Below, one piece after another: positions 1-9,544 of a DNA stretch of 64,000 nt. A program made the translations under genes and the position numbers. Position 1 is the first letter of the stretch; each line of letters opens with the position of its first letter. The notes beneath the pieces are model-generated. The model was not told the DNA's origin, made no database searches, and saw only the letters and a list, made by a program, of their open reading frames with translations. The stretch comes from Bacteroidia bacterium (lineage in GTDB: Bacteria; Bacteroidota; Bacteroidia; AKYH767-A; 2013-40CM-41-45), in the NCBI GenBank assembly GCA_046330055.1, contig JAXLTM010000012.1:6126-70125 (forward strand), written 5' to 3'.

Positions 1-1594
1 CATCGGGAATCGTAAACCAGATTCTTCCTTTTTTGTCTTCAGTAAATGAATGGACGGCACTTGCATTCATAGGAATATTAATGAGCTGGTCTTTGTCCAG
101 AAAAAATGCTCCGTGCTCATCTGTCCCAAACCAGATTCTTTTCTTTGAGTCTATAAATACAGTGTACACATAGTCGTTCGACAATCCGTCTGAGGTTTTT
201 CTGTCAATGCTGATTTCTGCATTGTCTGTATTCCCGTTGGCTGTAATCGTCATTTTTACCACGCCGTTAAAACCGCCAATCCAGATGTTGTCTCCTTCAC
301 CGGTAATAGAAAGAACACTCGACTCTTCAATCTTTGCCTTCGCTGTAATTTGCCTGAACTTGCCTGTTGCCGGATTTAGTCTGTAAACGCCTTCTCCCAG
401 TGTACCTATCCACAGATAACCGTATTTGTCTTCGTAAATAGTTACAACATCGGCCGGATTTTGTGTATTGCTGAACATGTACTTTTGTGCCTGCATATTT
501 CCACGGGCATCATAGGAAACTTTACTCAGGAAATTATCAGGACAAAACCAGATGTTGTTTTTTGAATCAACATATATACAGTGAATAAGATTCAATGCCT
601 GACCATTCACATTTTTCCATAATGTTATTTTTGATCCGCTCGTCCGGTAAAGATGAATGGATTCACTGATCCAGATATTATTCTCAAAGTCACTGATGAT
701 GTCTCCGGGCTTCTTTATCGTATAACCTTCGGGTTTGAGTTCGCTCAGCTCGTGCTTATCATTAAGCAGAAATACTCCATTCTCTTCTGTGATGATCCAG
801 AGTTCATTGTTTAGCGGAAGTATCTTGTTGACCTGACCGGATTGCCATTGCGGAAATGAAAAAATTACCTTAGATGAAATGTAGTCAAATTGTGCAATTC
901 CGGATTCCTGAAAACCCAGCCAAAGTTCTCCATTGTTTGTTACCGTAATTGTTCTGACAATGTCGTCGGGAAGACCATCTTTATGTGTGAACGAGCTCTG
1001 ACTTTTAATCCCGTTGGAAAAGCGGATGATATTGACTCCTTCGTCGGTGCCTACACAGATTCTGTCATCCGGCAGTTGAGCCATACCGTAACAGAAATTG
1101 TCAGTTAAACCGTCGTTCTGATCGAAGTTGTAAAATCTTTTATTGCTGTAGACGTAAACGCCTTCTCCCTTGGTGGATATATACAACTGACCTTGTTTGT
1201 CTTCACAAAAATCGCTGATGCTTACTTTCGGAAATCCTTCCTGCGGAGAGAAGACAGTAAGATGTTCACTGAGTATCTGAATGATCTTGCCATTCTCATA
1301 ACCGGCCCAAACCATTCCTTTGTGATCCTGATAAATTGCAGTCACCGAACCAAAACTCAAGGAATCTGTGCCTGGTACTTTTGTGAATGTCAGACCATCG
1401 AATGTGAAAATGCCTTTATCAGTTCCGGCCCAGATCAGGCCATTTCTGTCAGTGTACAGTCGGGAAAACTTAGGGCGTGAGCCTTCACTGCGGATGTCGA
1501 ATGACTTGGTCAGCAATTCTTTTCCTTGAGGCCTGACTTGCTCCGGAAGAAAAAACAGAATTGAAAGAATTAGAAATATCCTTAGCTGACTCAC
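1..1594 (-). CDS. two-component regulator propeller (Reg_prop) repeat sensor protein, N-terminal part; gene continues past the left edge
   Basis: The minus-strand frame is open from base 1 up to a GTG at 1592-1594. It is absent from the ORF track because it runs off the window. My translation gives a signal-like N-terminus (RIFLILSILFFL), then repeated units such as DRNGLIWAGTDKGIFTFDG, DHKGMVWAGYENGKI, DKQGQLYISTKGEGVYVY, DDRICVGTDEGVNIIRF and NNGELWLGFQESG. The start codon is uncertain. Confidence 0.6.
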   Translation of the reverse strand, partial: MSQLRIFLILSILFFLPEQVRPQGKELLTKSFDIRSEGSRPKFSRLYTDRNGLIWAGTDKGIFTFDGLTFTKVPGTDSLSFGSVTAIYQDHKGMVWAGYENGKIIQILSEHLTVFSPQEGFPKVSISDFCEDKQGQLYISTKGEGVYVYSNKRFYNFDQNDGLTDNFCYGMAQLPDDRICVGTDEGVNIIRFSNGIKSQSSFTHKDGLPDDIVRTITVTNNGELWLGFQESGIAQFDYISSKVIFSFPQWQSGQVNKILPLNNELWIITEENGVFLLNDKHELSELKPEGYTIKKPGDIISDFENNIWISESIHLYRTSGSKITLWKNVNGQALNLIHCIYVDSKNNIWFCPDNFLSKVSYDARGNMQAQKYMFSNTQNPADVVTIYEDKYGYLWIGTLGEGVYRLNPATGKFRQITAKAKIEESSVLSITGEGDNIWIGGFNGVVKMTITANGNTDNAEISIDRKTSDGLSNDYVYTVFIDSKKRIWFGTDEHGAFFLDKDQLINIPMNASAVHSFTEDKKGRIWFTIPD

Positions 1595-2190
1595 TATTTG
1601 TATTTTTTATTCAATACGGCTTTAACATCAATACTGATTTCGCTGGCGATTTTTTCATGAACAACCTTCGGAACTTTAATGTTGTGATCAGAGAGCAATA
1701 CATTAAAGTGAGATTCAAGCTCAACTTTTCCGCCGTTGATTGTAATCGTAGATCTGATAATCCTTTCCTGCTCCACACCATGGATCCAGAATTTTCCTTT
1801 GGCGCGGATATCGTACACTCCGTCTTTTGTTAAATCAACCGTCTCTATGATCTTGCCCATAAATGTAGCCTCGGGGTATTTTTCCGTTTCAAGATACTTT
1901 TCGTTGAAATGCTCCTGCTGTAGTGTGCTGTTAAATCCCTTGAATGTTTGCAAGGCAACTTTAAAAACATATGTCCGGTGAACAGGATCGAGAATACCAC
2001 GCAACTCATCCGATACAGCTTTAATTAATTCCTGCTTGGCCTCTGATTTAAATGAGACATGTCCATTGTCTGTGTAATAAAATTGTATTTCCTGAACCGG
2101 TGCAGTCTGAAAGGCTGACAGCAAAAGGAAAAGCGGTGTGAGTAGGGTGAATCTGAAAATAGACGTACGACTGAAGTTGGTCTTTGACAC
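1594..2190 (-). CDS. YceI-like periplasmic (polyisoprenoid-binding) protein
   Basis: 198-aa ORF with a signal peptide. The motif HVSFKSEA...LETEKYPEATFMGKI...GKFWIHGVEQ and the overall length are typical of the YceI family. Confidence 0.7.
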   Translation of the reverse strand: MSKTNFSRTSIFRFTLLTPLFLLLSAFQTAPVQEIQFYYTDNGHVSFKSEAKQELIKAVSDELRGILDPVHRTYVFKVALQTFKGFNSTLQQEHFNEKYLETEKYPEATFMGKIIETVDLTKDGVYDIRAKGKFWIHGVEQERIIRSTITINGGKVELESHFNVLLSDHNIKVPKVVHEKIASEISIDVKAVLNKKYK

Positions 2191-2405
2191 GCAAAAGCTG
2201 TTTTATTCCGCACTAAAATAGCAGTTTTTTCTGTCATTAAATAATCTAAACCACTTTCAAGGCAGACTTATTAATTGCTTGCAGGGAATTGTTGTTTCTC
2301 TCCTTTAAACTTCCTGTGTTGATCTCCGGAACCGGCCTGATGTGAGCGGGATTAATGCCGATTTTAACTCCGGCCAACAGCCCCGCTGCTTAGCTTGCCT
2401 TTACC

Positions 2406-3656
2406 TCAGCGAGAGAAAACATGCCGGTAAATTCTCTCTGTGGCACCGGCATTGTCAATTGTGTATTGTAAAGCTCTCTTTGAAGATTCTGAATACTTTT
2501 GTTCGTTATTCATTAATTCATTGAAGAGGGTAGAAGCTTCACTTGCCGTTCTGATAGAAAATGCGCCTCCGGTTTCGATGAGCTGAACAGCTTCTCGGAA
2601 TTTATCATACACAGGACCGAAAAGTACAGGCTTGCCGTGCGCTGCAGCTTCCAGTGTATTGTGAATGCCTTTGCCAAATCCTCCTCCGATGTATGCAATG
2701 GTGCAATAGTGATAAATTCTCGACAACATACCAATGCGGTCAACAATCAGGATATCCGGTGTTTCTTCTTTTTTATATTCTGAAAAAAGAACGTAGTGCT
2801 TTTCCGGATGTCTCTTCCTGATCGAATCTGTCAATCGTTTGATGTGAGTATTGTCAGGCTCATGCGGAATGAAAATAATTCTCGCCTTTGACTTTAACTC
2901 AGGCATGGAATCAAGTAACAAGTCTTCATCCTCAGGCCAGCTGCTTCCGGCTGCAATAACTTTGTGCCCTTTACTGAACTCCTCAATGACAGGTATCGTC
3001 TGAAATGCCCGGCAAATTTCAATGACACGATCAAAACGTGTGTCACCTGTAACCATGGTGTTTTCAATGCCTGCTTTCTTTAAAAGCGAACTTGAGTTTT
3101 CATCCTGTAAAAAGATACAATCAATCTTCTTCAATTGATTTAAAAAGTATCTACCATAGGAACGGAAGAAGATTTGTTTCTCTCTGAAAATTGCTGACAC
3201 CACATACATCGGTATCTTCTTTTTAAAAGAAACATTGATGAAATTCAACCAGAATTCGTACTTGATGAAAAAGATTTTTTCAGGACGAATGATGTCGAGA
3301 AAAACAGAGGCATTGCTTTTTGTATCTGCCGGAAGATAAGTTACAAAATCAGCGCCGTCGTAATTTTTTCTGTGTTCATAGCCCGATGGAGAAAAAAATG
3401 AAAGAACAATAAATGCATCCGGAAATTCTTTTCTTACACGTTCAATTAAAGACCGTCCTTGCTCAAACTCGCCGAGTGAAGCGCAATGAAATAAAAATCT
3501 TTTTCGGGATCCTGCCTTTTCAAGCGCAGTGCGCACTTGTTGCTGCCAGTTTCTTCTGCCACTTATCCACAATGAGGCTTTTTTGTTTCCGGCAAGAGCT
3601 GCAAGACGGATGGCAATAACGTAAAGTGAAATGGAGAGATTGTAAAGCAGCTCCAT
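2406..3656 (-). CDS. waaA: 3-deoxy-D-manno-octulosonic acid (Kdo) transferase
   Basis: N-terminal membrane anchor, FHCASLGEFEQGRSLIERVRKEFPD and a C-terminal GGGFGKGIHNTLEAAAHGKPVLFGP GT-B motif. I placed the start at the ATG at 3656, which overlaps the upstream stop (TGATG), rather than at the track start of 3707. Confidence 0.85.
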   Translation of the reverse strand: MELLYNLSISLYVIAIRLAALAGNKKASLWISGRRNWQQQVRTALEKAGSRKRFLFHCASLGEFEQGRSLIERVRKEFPDAFIVLSFFSPSGYEHRKNYDGADFVTYLPADTKSNASVFLDIIRPEKIFFIKYEFWLNFINVSFKKKIPMYVVSAIFREKQIFFRSYGRYFLNQLKKIDCIFLQDENSSSLLKKAGIENTMVTGDTRFDRVIEICRAFQTIPVIEEFSKGHKVIAAGSSWPEDEDLLLDSMPELKSKARIIFIPHEPDNTHIKRLTDSIRKRHPEKHYVLFSEYKKEETPDILIVDRIGMLSRIYHYCTIAYIGGGFGKGIHNTLEAAAHGKPVLFGPVYDKFREAVQLIETGGAFSIRTASEASTLFNELMNNEQKYSESSKRALQYTIDNAGATERIYRHVFSR

Positions 3657-4414
3657 CAGTTGAAATAAATTTGATCGGCCATTCTTTTGTAGAGCGGGAA
3701 AATCCACCCGATGCGAAAGCCGATGAGCAGGTCAAAACGTTTGGTATTATCCTTTAAGCCTGTATCAAAATTCATCGCCCTTCTGTTTTGTGTAAAGCCT
3801 TCAGTGAAATTTAATCCTGCGTAGAAATTGATTCGCTTTGAATTGCTGAAATTGATGTATCCGAGAAACTGATTCAGCATCGGACCATTTGTAAATCGAT
3901 CATAACCTTTGCGATAATCTCCCTCCAGATACGGTACTACGAAACCGGGTGTGTCAATATAGATTTTATGCTGTATGTAACCGGCCCCGAATGAAGCAAG
4001 TAAGCCACTGTTTGGATTTGGTCCAATAAGTGGAAATATTTTTCCTCCCTCAAAATAAAATTTCCATCCGCGTTCGCTCAGCGTTACATCGGCAAATTGC
4101 CCCTCACCGGAAATGATGTTGCCGTCAGAAGTCATGTATTGATTCAGAAAACTATTCTCCTTTACATTATCCCCGAAAAAAAACTGTCCTTCAAAACCAA
4201 CTAGCCAGTTTGACTTAAACTTGTAGTGATAATGTATACCAATGTTGAAGTTGTTTCCGAAACGATCAGCCAGATTTCCTCCTGGTAATTCAAAGCCTCC
4301 GCTGAAACCAATCATGGAGAAATGAATTGAATCGCGGATGTTGAATTGTGCATCTGCTTTCAGACCACAAAAAATGAGCATCAGGGAAATGAGAAGATGT
4401 CGCAGTGCTTTCAT
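3656..4414 (-). CDS. hypothetical outer-membrane beta-barrel-like protein
   Basis: Signal peptide (LMLIFCGLKADAQ), alternating aromatic/Gly-rich strands and a C-terminal aromatic residue (YFN). Confidence 0.45.
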   Translation of the reverse strand: MKALRHLLISLMLIFCGLKADAQFNIRDSIHFSMIGFSGGFELPGGNLADRFGNNFNIGIHYHYKFKSNWLVGFEGQFFFGDNVKENSFLNQYMTSDGNIISGEGQFADVTLSERGWKFYFEGGKIFPLIGPNPNSGLLASFGAGYIQHKIYIDTPGFVVPYLEGDYRKGYDRFTNGPMLNQFLGYINFSNSKRINFYAGLNFTEGFTQNRRAMNFDTGLKDNTKRFDLLIGFRIGWIFPLYKRMADQIYFN

Positions 4415-4417
4415 AAT

Positions 4418-4954
4418 TCAATGGGCCGTTGTTGAAGGAGCAGAGGAGGTTGCACCCGGCTTTGCTCTCGGAATTGATAAAGTTTTGAATCCGGTTGAAC
4501 GAATTTGTTTGCAGAGATAAACAATTTGCCCGCAATGGTAGGCGTAGTGAACAACTTGTCGTTGAATGGCGCGCAGTGCGGTCTGTTCTTCACCTTTTAT
4601 TGAAACGATTCGAAGCAAATCTTCTTCTTTCAGAGATTGAATCGTTTGCAATGCACAGTGCCAGCCTTTTTCCCAATAAGAAAATAGTTCATCACGACTT
4701 TTGAAAGTATCAATGAACTCGCCGTCGCGGTTACGATCAGGTTTTTCTCCATCACTGGTCAGGAAGTCGGTGAAACGGGATAGCATATTACCTGCAATAT
4801 GCTTCATGATGATGGCTACGGAATTGCTTTCGGCATCAGGTGAAAAATGTATCTCCTGATCGTTGATCTGCGCAATGGCTTTCTCGGCATTTGACTTCAT
4901 GCCTTTTAAACCTTTCAGAATTTCCAGAAGATAAATTTCCGAAACACTGCTCAT
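4418..4954 (-). CDS. DinB-superfamily / DUF1572-like protein
   Basis: 178 aa. The MKHIAGNMLSRFTDFLTSDGEKPDRNRDGEF and VVHYAYHCGQIVYL motifs are typical of DUF1572/DinB four-helix proteins. The gene overlaps the cdd stop by 4 nt. Confidence 0.6.
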   Translation of the reverse strand: MSSVSEIYLLEILKGLKGMKSNAEKAIAQINDQEIHFSPDAESNSVAIIMKHIAGNMLSRFTDFLTSDGEKPDRNRDGEFIDTFKSRDELFSYWEKGWHCALQTIQSLKEEDLLRIVSIKGEEQTALRAIQRQVVHYAYHCGQIVYLCKQIRSTGFKTLSIPRAKPGATSSAPSTTAH

Positions 4955-5445
4955 GTCTTGATTTTTAAATCATCTGCATTGAACTGGTAAGGAAGAAAGT
5001 TGCTGATGGTGTCGCCAACTAAAACTTTTCCGGACTCACCACTCATCACCAGACGAATATTTTGCTTGTAACGATGTTCGTACTCTGCAATGGCCTGTCG
5101 GCAAGCTCCGCATGGTGTGATCGGCTTGTTTACATGAAAATGATCCGACATGGCTGTAATAGCCAGTGCTTTGATTTTTACATTCGGATAGTTGGCGCCT
5201 GCAGCGAAAATTGCAACACGCTCAGCACAAAGTCCGATTGGATAAGACGCATTTTCCTGATTGTTTCCGCGAAGGATGATTCCATTCTCCAGGAGAATGG
5301 CTGCACCGACGTGAAAATGGGAGTAAGGCGCATACGCCTTGTTCATACTCGCCCGCGCTTCCTGAATGAGAACACGGTCTTCTTCCGGCAACTCGTCAAG
5401 ATTTTCATACTCTGTCAGACTGCAGTGAATCTCTATTTTCTTCAT
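4951..5445 (-). CDS. cdd: cytidine deaminase
   Basis: Zinc-ligand motifs CAERVAI and PCGACRQ, plus APYSHFHVGAA; 164 aa. Confidence 0.9.
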   Translation of the reverse strand: MKKIEIHCSLTEYENLDELPEEDRVLIQEARASMNKAYAPYSHFHVGAAILLENGIILRGNNQENASYPIGLCAERVAIFAAGANYPNVKIKALAITAMSDHFHVNKPITPCGACRQAIAEYEHRYKQNIRLVMSGESGKVLVGDTISNFLPYQFNADDLKIKT

Positions 5446-5710
5446 AATTTTCTAAAAAGGGATTAAAGGTAGTCAGAATTTGATGATTTTACATTCAATT
5501 CCAAACTTTAAAAACCGCCATTTCAGCTCTTTTTTCCTGTACCTTGAAAACAATCTTTTCACCGTTATTTTGAATAAAAATGAGCTTTTTTGATTTATTT
5601 TTCATAACAAATTGACCATTTTCCCGTATTATTACATGCGAAAAGAGATTGCCTTTTTAGAGGCGTTTTTCGCGGATTTTTTCGTTTAATCAATCAAATC
5701 GTACATCAAA

Positions 5711-6157
5711 ATGAGAAGTTGGATGGTCAGTAAAGGCCTTTTATTGCTTGTATCTTCTGCGATGCTGTTCACTGCCTGTTCAAAAGATGCAGGCGAGGGC
5801 GGAACCAGTACAATCCGGGGAAAGGTTATCATCAATTCCTTTCAGGCCGGATTTCAGCCGCCGGTCCCTGATACATCTTATGCTGCTGTTGATGAAAATG
5901 CTTACATCATTTACGGCGCTGATCATAGTACGTATGACGATAATTATAATACTTCCTATGACGGAAGCTATGAATTCAAATATCTTCAGAAAGGCAAGTA
6001 CAAAATCTTCGCTTACTCTAAAGATTCTACCGGCGCTTACCTGGGAAACATCAGCGGAGCACGCCCGAAAATTCCTGTCTTCGTAGAAGTTGAAATCACT
6101 GAAAATGGTTCTGTGGTCACTGCACCTGATATTGTCATTCTAAAAGATAATCAATAA
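5711..6157 (+). CDS. lipoprotein with carboxypeptidase-regulatory-like beta-sandwich signature
   Basis: Lipobox LFTAC, then IRGKV...DGSYEFKYLQKGKYKIF. It is the first gene of a tightly packed five-gene operon. Confidence 0.45.
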   Translation: MRSWMVSKGLLLLVSSAMLFTACSKDAGEGGTSTIRGKVIINSFQAGFQPPVPDTSYAAVDENAYIIYGADHSTYDDNYNTSYDGSYEFKYLQKGKYKIFAYSKDSTGAYLGNISGARPKIPVFVEVEITENGSVVTAPDIVILKDNQ

Positions 6158-6162
6158 GCTTC

Positions 6163-6729
6163 ATGAAAATAAAATCAATTCTGCTTTGCTTCTTTTTGCT
6201 GACCTCTGTTTCATCTTTTTCCCAAAGTAAAAAGGATGTGAAAAAAAACAGAATCAAATCCTGCCGGGAAGTGGAAACATCGGTAAAGGATGGAAAAGAA
6301 GTTACTGCCGATAATCAGTTTCAACGTTTCGATGCGAATGGAAATGTAATCGAAAATATCGATTATGATGAAACCGGAAAAGTTAAGTCTCACGAAACGG
6401 CTGTTTACAATAAGAACGGTGATAAAACGGAAGAAACCAGTTTTACCCCCGATGGAAAAGTTAAGAAGAAGAAAACCTTCAAGTATAACGCTACCGGCGA
6501 TAAAACCGAAGAGGATCATTTCGATGCCGCCGGTAACCTGGTTGAGAAAATAGTATTCTCGTACAATGCTAATGGTGATCGTATCACTGAAATTACATTT
6601 GATGCGAAAGGTAATGTGACGGAGAAAGTGTTTATCATCTACGATAACAAAGGGATGAAAATTGAGCGCAAAACCGTAGACGCAAAAGGAAATACTATCT
6701 CGGATAAAAAATTTATTTACGAATATTAA
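6163..6729 (+). CDS. secreted protein made of five ~26-aa YD-like repeats
   Basis: Signal peptide, then units such as YNKNGDKTEETSFTPDGKVKKKKTFK, YNATGDKTEEDHFDAAGNLVEKIVFS and YNANGDRITEITFDAKGNVTEKVFII. Confidence 0.5.
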   Translation: MKIKSILLCFFLLTSVSSFSQSKKDVKKNRIKSCREVETSVKDGKEVTADNQFQRFDANGNVIENIDYDETGKVKSHETAVYNKNGDKTEETSFTPDGKVKKKKTFKYNATGDKTEEDHFDAAGNLVEKIVFSYNANGDRITEITFDAKGNVTEKVFIIYDNKGMKIERKTVDAKGNTISDKKFIYEY

Positions 6730-7490
6730 TGGCTTTGGACTCCCTGGACCAAATCTTACAAACTTTCGACCCGATCACACTCCAGCAAATGGATGGTGTG
6801 AAGCTTCAGGACAGACTTGATACCAAGTTTATGTTTCGTGAAGATCTTCTCATTCCCGTTCTTCGGGAAATGCAGAAGTATTATTATGCTCTTGATATCA
6901 ATGGCAAGAGATACAACCATTACGAAACACTGTACTATGATACTCCCGGATTTGATCTTTACCTCCGTCACCATAACGGAAGAGTAAACCGATATAAATT
7001 CAGAGCAAGAAAATATGTTGAATCTAATCTTGCTTTCTTTGAAGTGAAATTCAAAAACAGCAAAGGGAGAACGATTAAGGATAGAATTAAGCGCCCGGAT
7101 ATCTTCAAGGAAATTACAGACAGCAGCTTTGACCTGGTGAAGAACCTTTCTAACGTTGATCCGAAATCTCTCGAAGCAAAATTGTGGGTGAACTACCGGC
7201 GAATGACTTTTGTGAGCAAAATTTCTGAAGAGCGGTTGACGATTGATACGAAACTTACTTTCATCGATGATCATCACACAGTAGAGCAGAAGGGACTCGT
7301 GATTGCAGAAGTAAAGCAAGGTAGCTCGAAAGATAAAAGCCCTTTCGTAACACTGATGCGTAAGTACGGAGTACATCAGAAATCGATTAGCAAGTACTGC
7401 CTGGCTGTCATCAGTCTCAATAAAACGATAAAACAAAACAACTTTAAACCCACACTTATTTACCTAAATAAACTGCTTAAAGCATCATGA
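6729..7490 (+). CDS. VTC-domain (polyphosphate polymerase domain) protein
   Basis: LDTKFMF...YETLYYDTPGFDLYLRHHNGRVNRYKFRARKY...FFEVKFK...IAEVKQ matches the bacterial VTC domain family. Its start overlaps the upstream stop (TAATG). Confidence 0.7.
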   Translation: MALDSLDQILQTFDPITLQQMDGVKLQDRLDTKFMFREDLLIPVLREMQKYYYALDINGKRYNHYETLYYDTPGFDLYLRHHNGRVNRYKFRARKYVESNLAFFEVKFKNSKGRTIKDRIKRPDIFKEITDSSFDLVKNLSNVDPKSLEAKLWVNYRRMTFVSKISEERLTIDTKLTFIDDHHTVEQKGLVIAEVKQGSSKDKSPFVTLMRKYGVHQKSISKYCLAVISLNKTIKQNNFKPTLIYLNKLLKAS

Positions 7491-8104
7491 ACGAAGCAAT
7501 GAACCAATTTGAACTATTCGATAAGTTATCGGATAAATTTTTCTGGCGATTATTAGTGGATGTTATTTCCATGCTGATTCTCGTCCGGCTGATCTACTTC
7601 CGTATCTATAAAAAGAAGGATTACCTCTTTACTTTTTTCCTCTTTAATATCATCATCTTCATTATTACCTATCTCCTTAATAAAGTGGATATGTCGATGG
7701 GTGCCGCCTTCGGACTCTTTGCTGTTTTCAGTATGCTCCGTTACAGAACAGAGGGTATCAGTACCAAGGATATGACTTACCTCTTCATCGTAATCGCCAT
7801 GGGATTGATTTGCGCCGTTAGTAAAGCAACCTACTTTGAATTGTCCGTAATCAATGCAATCCTGATCGGTTTTACATATGCCCTCGATGGAAACTGGCTG
7901 GTGAGAAATGAAATGGTGAAGACTATTCAGTATGAAAATATCGATTTGATCAAGCCTGAGCATTATAACGACTTACTGGCCGATCTGAGAAAGAGAACAG
8001 GACTCAATATTCACCGTGTTTCAGTAAACAGAATTGATTTCTTAAAGGATATTGCTGTTGTAAAAATCTACTTCTACGAAGACAGTCTTCCTAAGACAAA
8101 ATAA
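7487..8104 (+). CDS. DUF4956-like integral membrane protein
   Basis: ATGA overlap with the VTC gene; 3-4 TM helices, then a soluble tail (IQYENIDLIKPEHYNDLLADLRKRTGLNIHRV). This is the usual partner of bacterial VTC-domain genes. Confidence 0.6.
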   Translation: MNEAMNQFELFDKLSDKFFWRLLVDVISMLILVRLIYFRIYKKKDYLFTFFLFNIIIFIITYLLNKVDMSMGAAFGLFAVFSMLRYRTEGISTKDMTYLFIVIAMGLICAVSKATYFELSVINAILIGFTYALDGNWLVRNEMVKTIQYENIDLIKPEHYNDLLADLRKRTGLNIHRVSVNRIDFLKDIAVVKIYFYEDSLPKTK

Positions 8105-8776
8105 ATGAAGTTATCCCGTTTCATTGTTGCTGCATCTTTTTTGTGCGCCCTGCCTTCTGTGCTGAGCGCACAAATTGATGATGTTCGCCTGTGGACCGGG
8201 ATTTCTGTTTCACATAAATTTACCCGGCAAATATCTGCTTCATTCGAACAGCAATTAAGGTTCAGAACCGATGTGTCTATCATTGACCAGACGTTCTCTG
8301 ATCTGGGTGTTTCATACGAACCGGTCCGAAATCTTAAGGTGCTGGTGGCTTATCGCTGGATGCACAAGAATCTGGTGAATCGCTATTCTGACCGCCACCG
8401 TATTTATGCCGACCTGTCGTACAAGTATAAATTCCACCGCTTTTCTTTTACGTTGCGCGAACGAATTTCACAGCAGTATGCAGATGTTAACTCCAGCGAA
8501 AACGGGAACATTGCAGATTGGATGCTCAGAACAAAGTTCTCGGCAAAATTCGATACAGGAAGAAGATACGCTCCTTACGCTGCTGCTGAAACTTATTATT
8601 TGCTGGATGCAAAAAAACCTCCCGAGCATTATATAACGCGTATTCGTTATTCACTCGGCGCAGAATATGAATTTAACCGCATTCACAGTATTGACCTTTT
8701 CTGTATTCTGCAGCACGATCGTCCAATGGATTTCAATTCGATGATCTACGGGGTTACTTACAACTTCAATTTCTGA
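8105..8776 (+). CDS. DUF2490-like outer-membrane protein
   Basis: The start codon directly abuts the upstream stop. Signal peptide (ALPSVLSAQ), beta-strand-rich sequence and a C-terminal YNFNF. Confidence 0.5.
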   Translation: MKLSRFIVAASFLCALPSVLSAQIDDVRLWTGISVSHKFTRQISASFEQQLRFRTDVSIIDQTFSDLGVSYEPVRNLKVLVAYRWMHKNLVNRYSDRHRIYADLSYKYKFHRFSFTLRERISQQYADVNSSENGNIADWMLRTKFSAKFDTGRRYAPYAAAETYYLLDAKKPPEHYITRIRYSLGAEYEFNRIHSIDLFCILQHDRPMDFNSMIYGVTYNFNF

Positions 8777-8788
8777 TTTACTTACCGC

Positions 8789-9262
8789 TTATTTTCTGTT
8801 TAACAAAACAATGGCATAGCAAGCCACACCTTCTTCACGTCCGATAAATCCCATCTTTTCATTCGTCGTTGCTTTTATGGAAATGTCATCTTCACTTATC
8901 TGCATAACCTTGGCCAGCGTTGATTGCATCTGTGGAATGAAAGGAGCAATCTTCGGCTTTTCCAGACAAAGGGTTACGTCGATATTTCCGATTTTATAAT
9001 TCTTCAGATCAATCAGCAAACAAACTCTTTGAAGGAGAATCTTACTGTCAATTCCTTTGTATTCGGCTGAAGTGTCAGGGAAGTGCTTTCCAATGTCACC
9101 TAAATTGGCAGCTCCCAGCAATGCATCGCAGATAGCATGAATCATGACATCAGCATCTGAATGACCTTTTGCTCCTTTCTTGTGAGGAACAGAAATTCCG
9201 CCTATCCAAAACTCGCGATTGTCTTCTAACTGATGGACATCAAAACCAAAACCTACTCTCAT
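8789..9262 (-). CDS. ispF: 2-C-methyl-D-erythritol 2,4-cyclodiphosphate synthase
   Basis: MRVGFGFDVHQL..., GHSDADVMIHAICDALLGA and the 157-aa length. Confidence 0.92.
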   Translation of the reverse strand: MRVGFGFDVHQLEDNREFWIGGISVPHKKGAKGHSDADVMIHAICDALLGAANLGDIGKHFPDTSAEYKGIDSKILLQRVCLLIDLKNYKIGNIDVTLCLEKPKIAPFIPQMQSTLAKVMQISEDDISIKATTNEKMGFIGREEGVACYAIVLLNRK

Positions 9263-9492
9263 GATCCGGAAGATTTAATTTGCAGCAAACTTCGAAGAGC
9301 AGAGGAGGAGTAAATCGTTTCATTACTCTGTTTGTATGAAGTTGCACTGCAAAGATTCGTGTTTGCAATATTATCAAATGAATAGACAAATAAGAAGCAC
9401 AAAAAAAGAAAAGTGCAATCTCTTTATAGTGTCTTTGTATTCAGACCGGGTTAAGACTTGAAAGGAGTGAGATTTTGCAGTCATGTTTAAGG

Positions 9493-9520
9493 CAAAAAAA
9501 AGCCGGCTGCAAAGCCGGCT
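9493..9520 (-). terminator. rho-independent terminator downstream of porV
   Basis: Self-complementary agccggct-gcaa-agccggct (9501-9520), followed on the minus strand by a T8 run (9493-9500). Confidence 0.7.
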
Positions 9521-9544
9521 TCTTATATATGTTTCAGGAGATTA

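Noticed and set aside
6756-7436. A 226-aa antisense ORF inside the VTC gene. Similar cases are 7553-7963, 15393-15770, 29851-30180, 33179-33475 and 58094-58567.
   Set aside because: All overlap well-supported genes on the opposite strand. They have odd composition (Cys/His/Phe-rich) and no recognisable motifs, so they are shadow ORFs.
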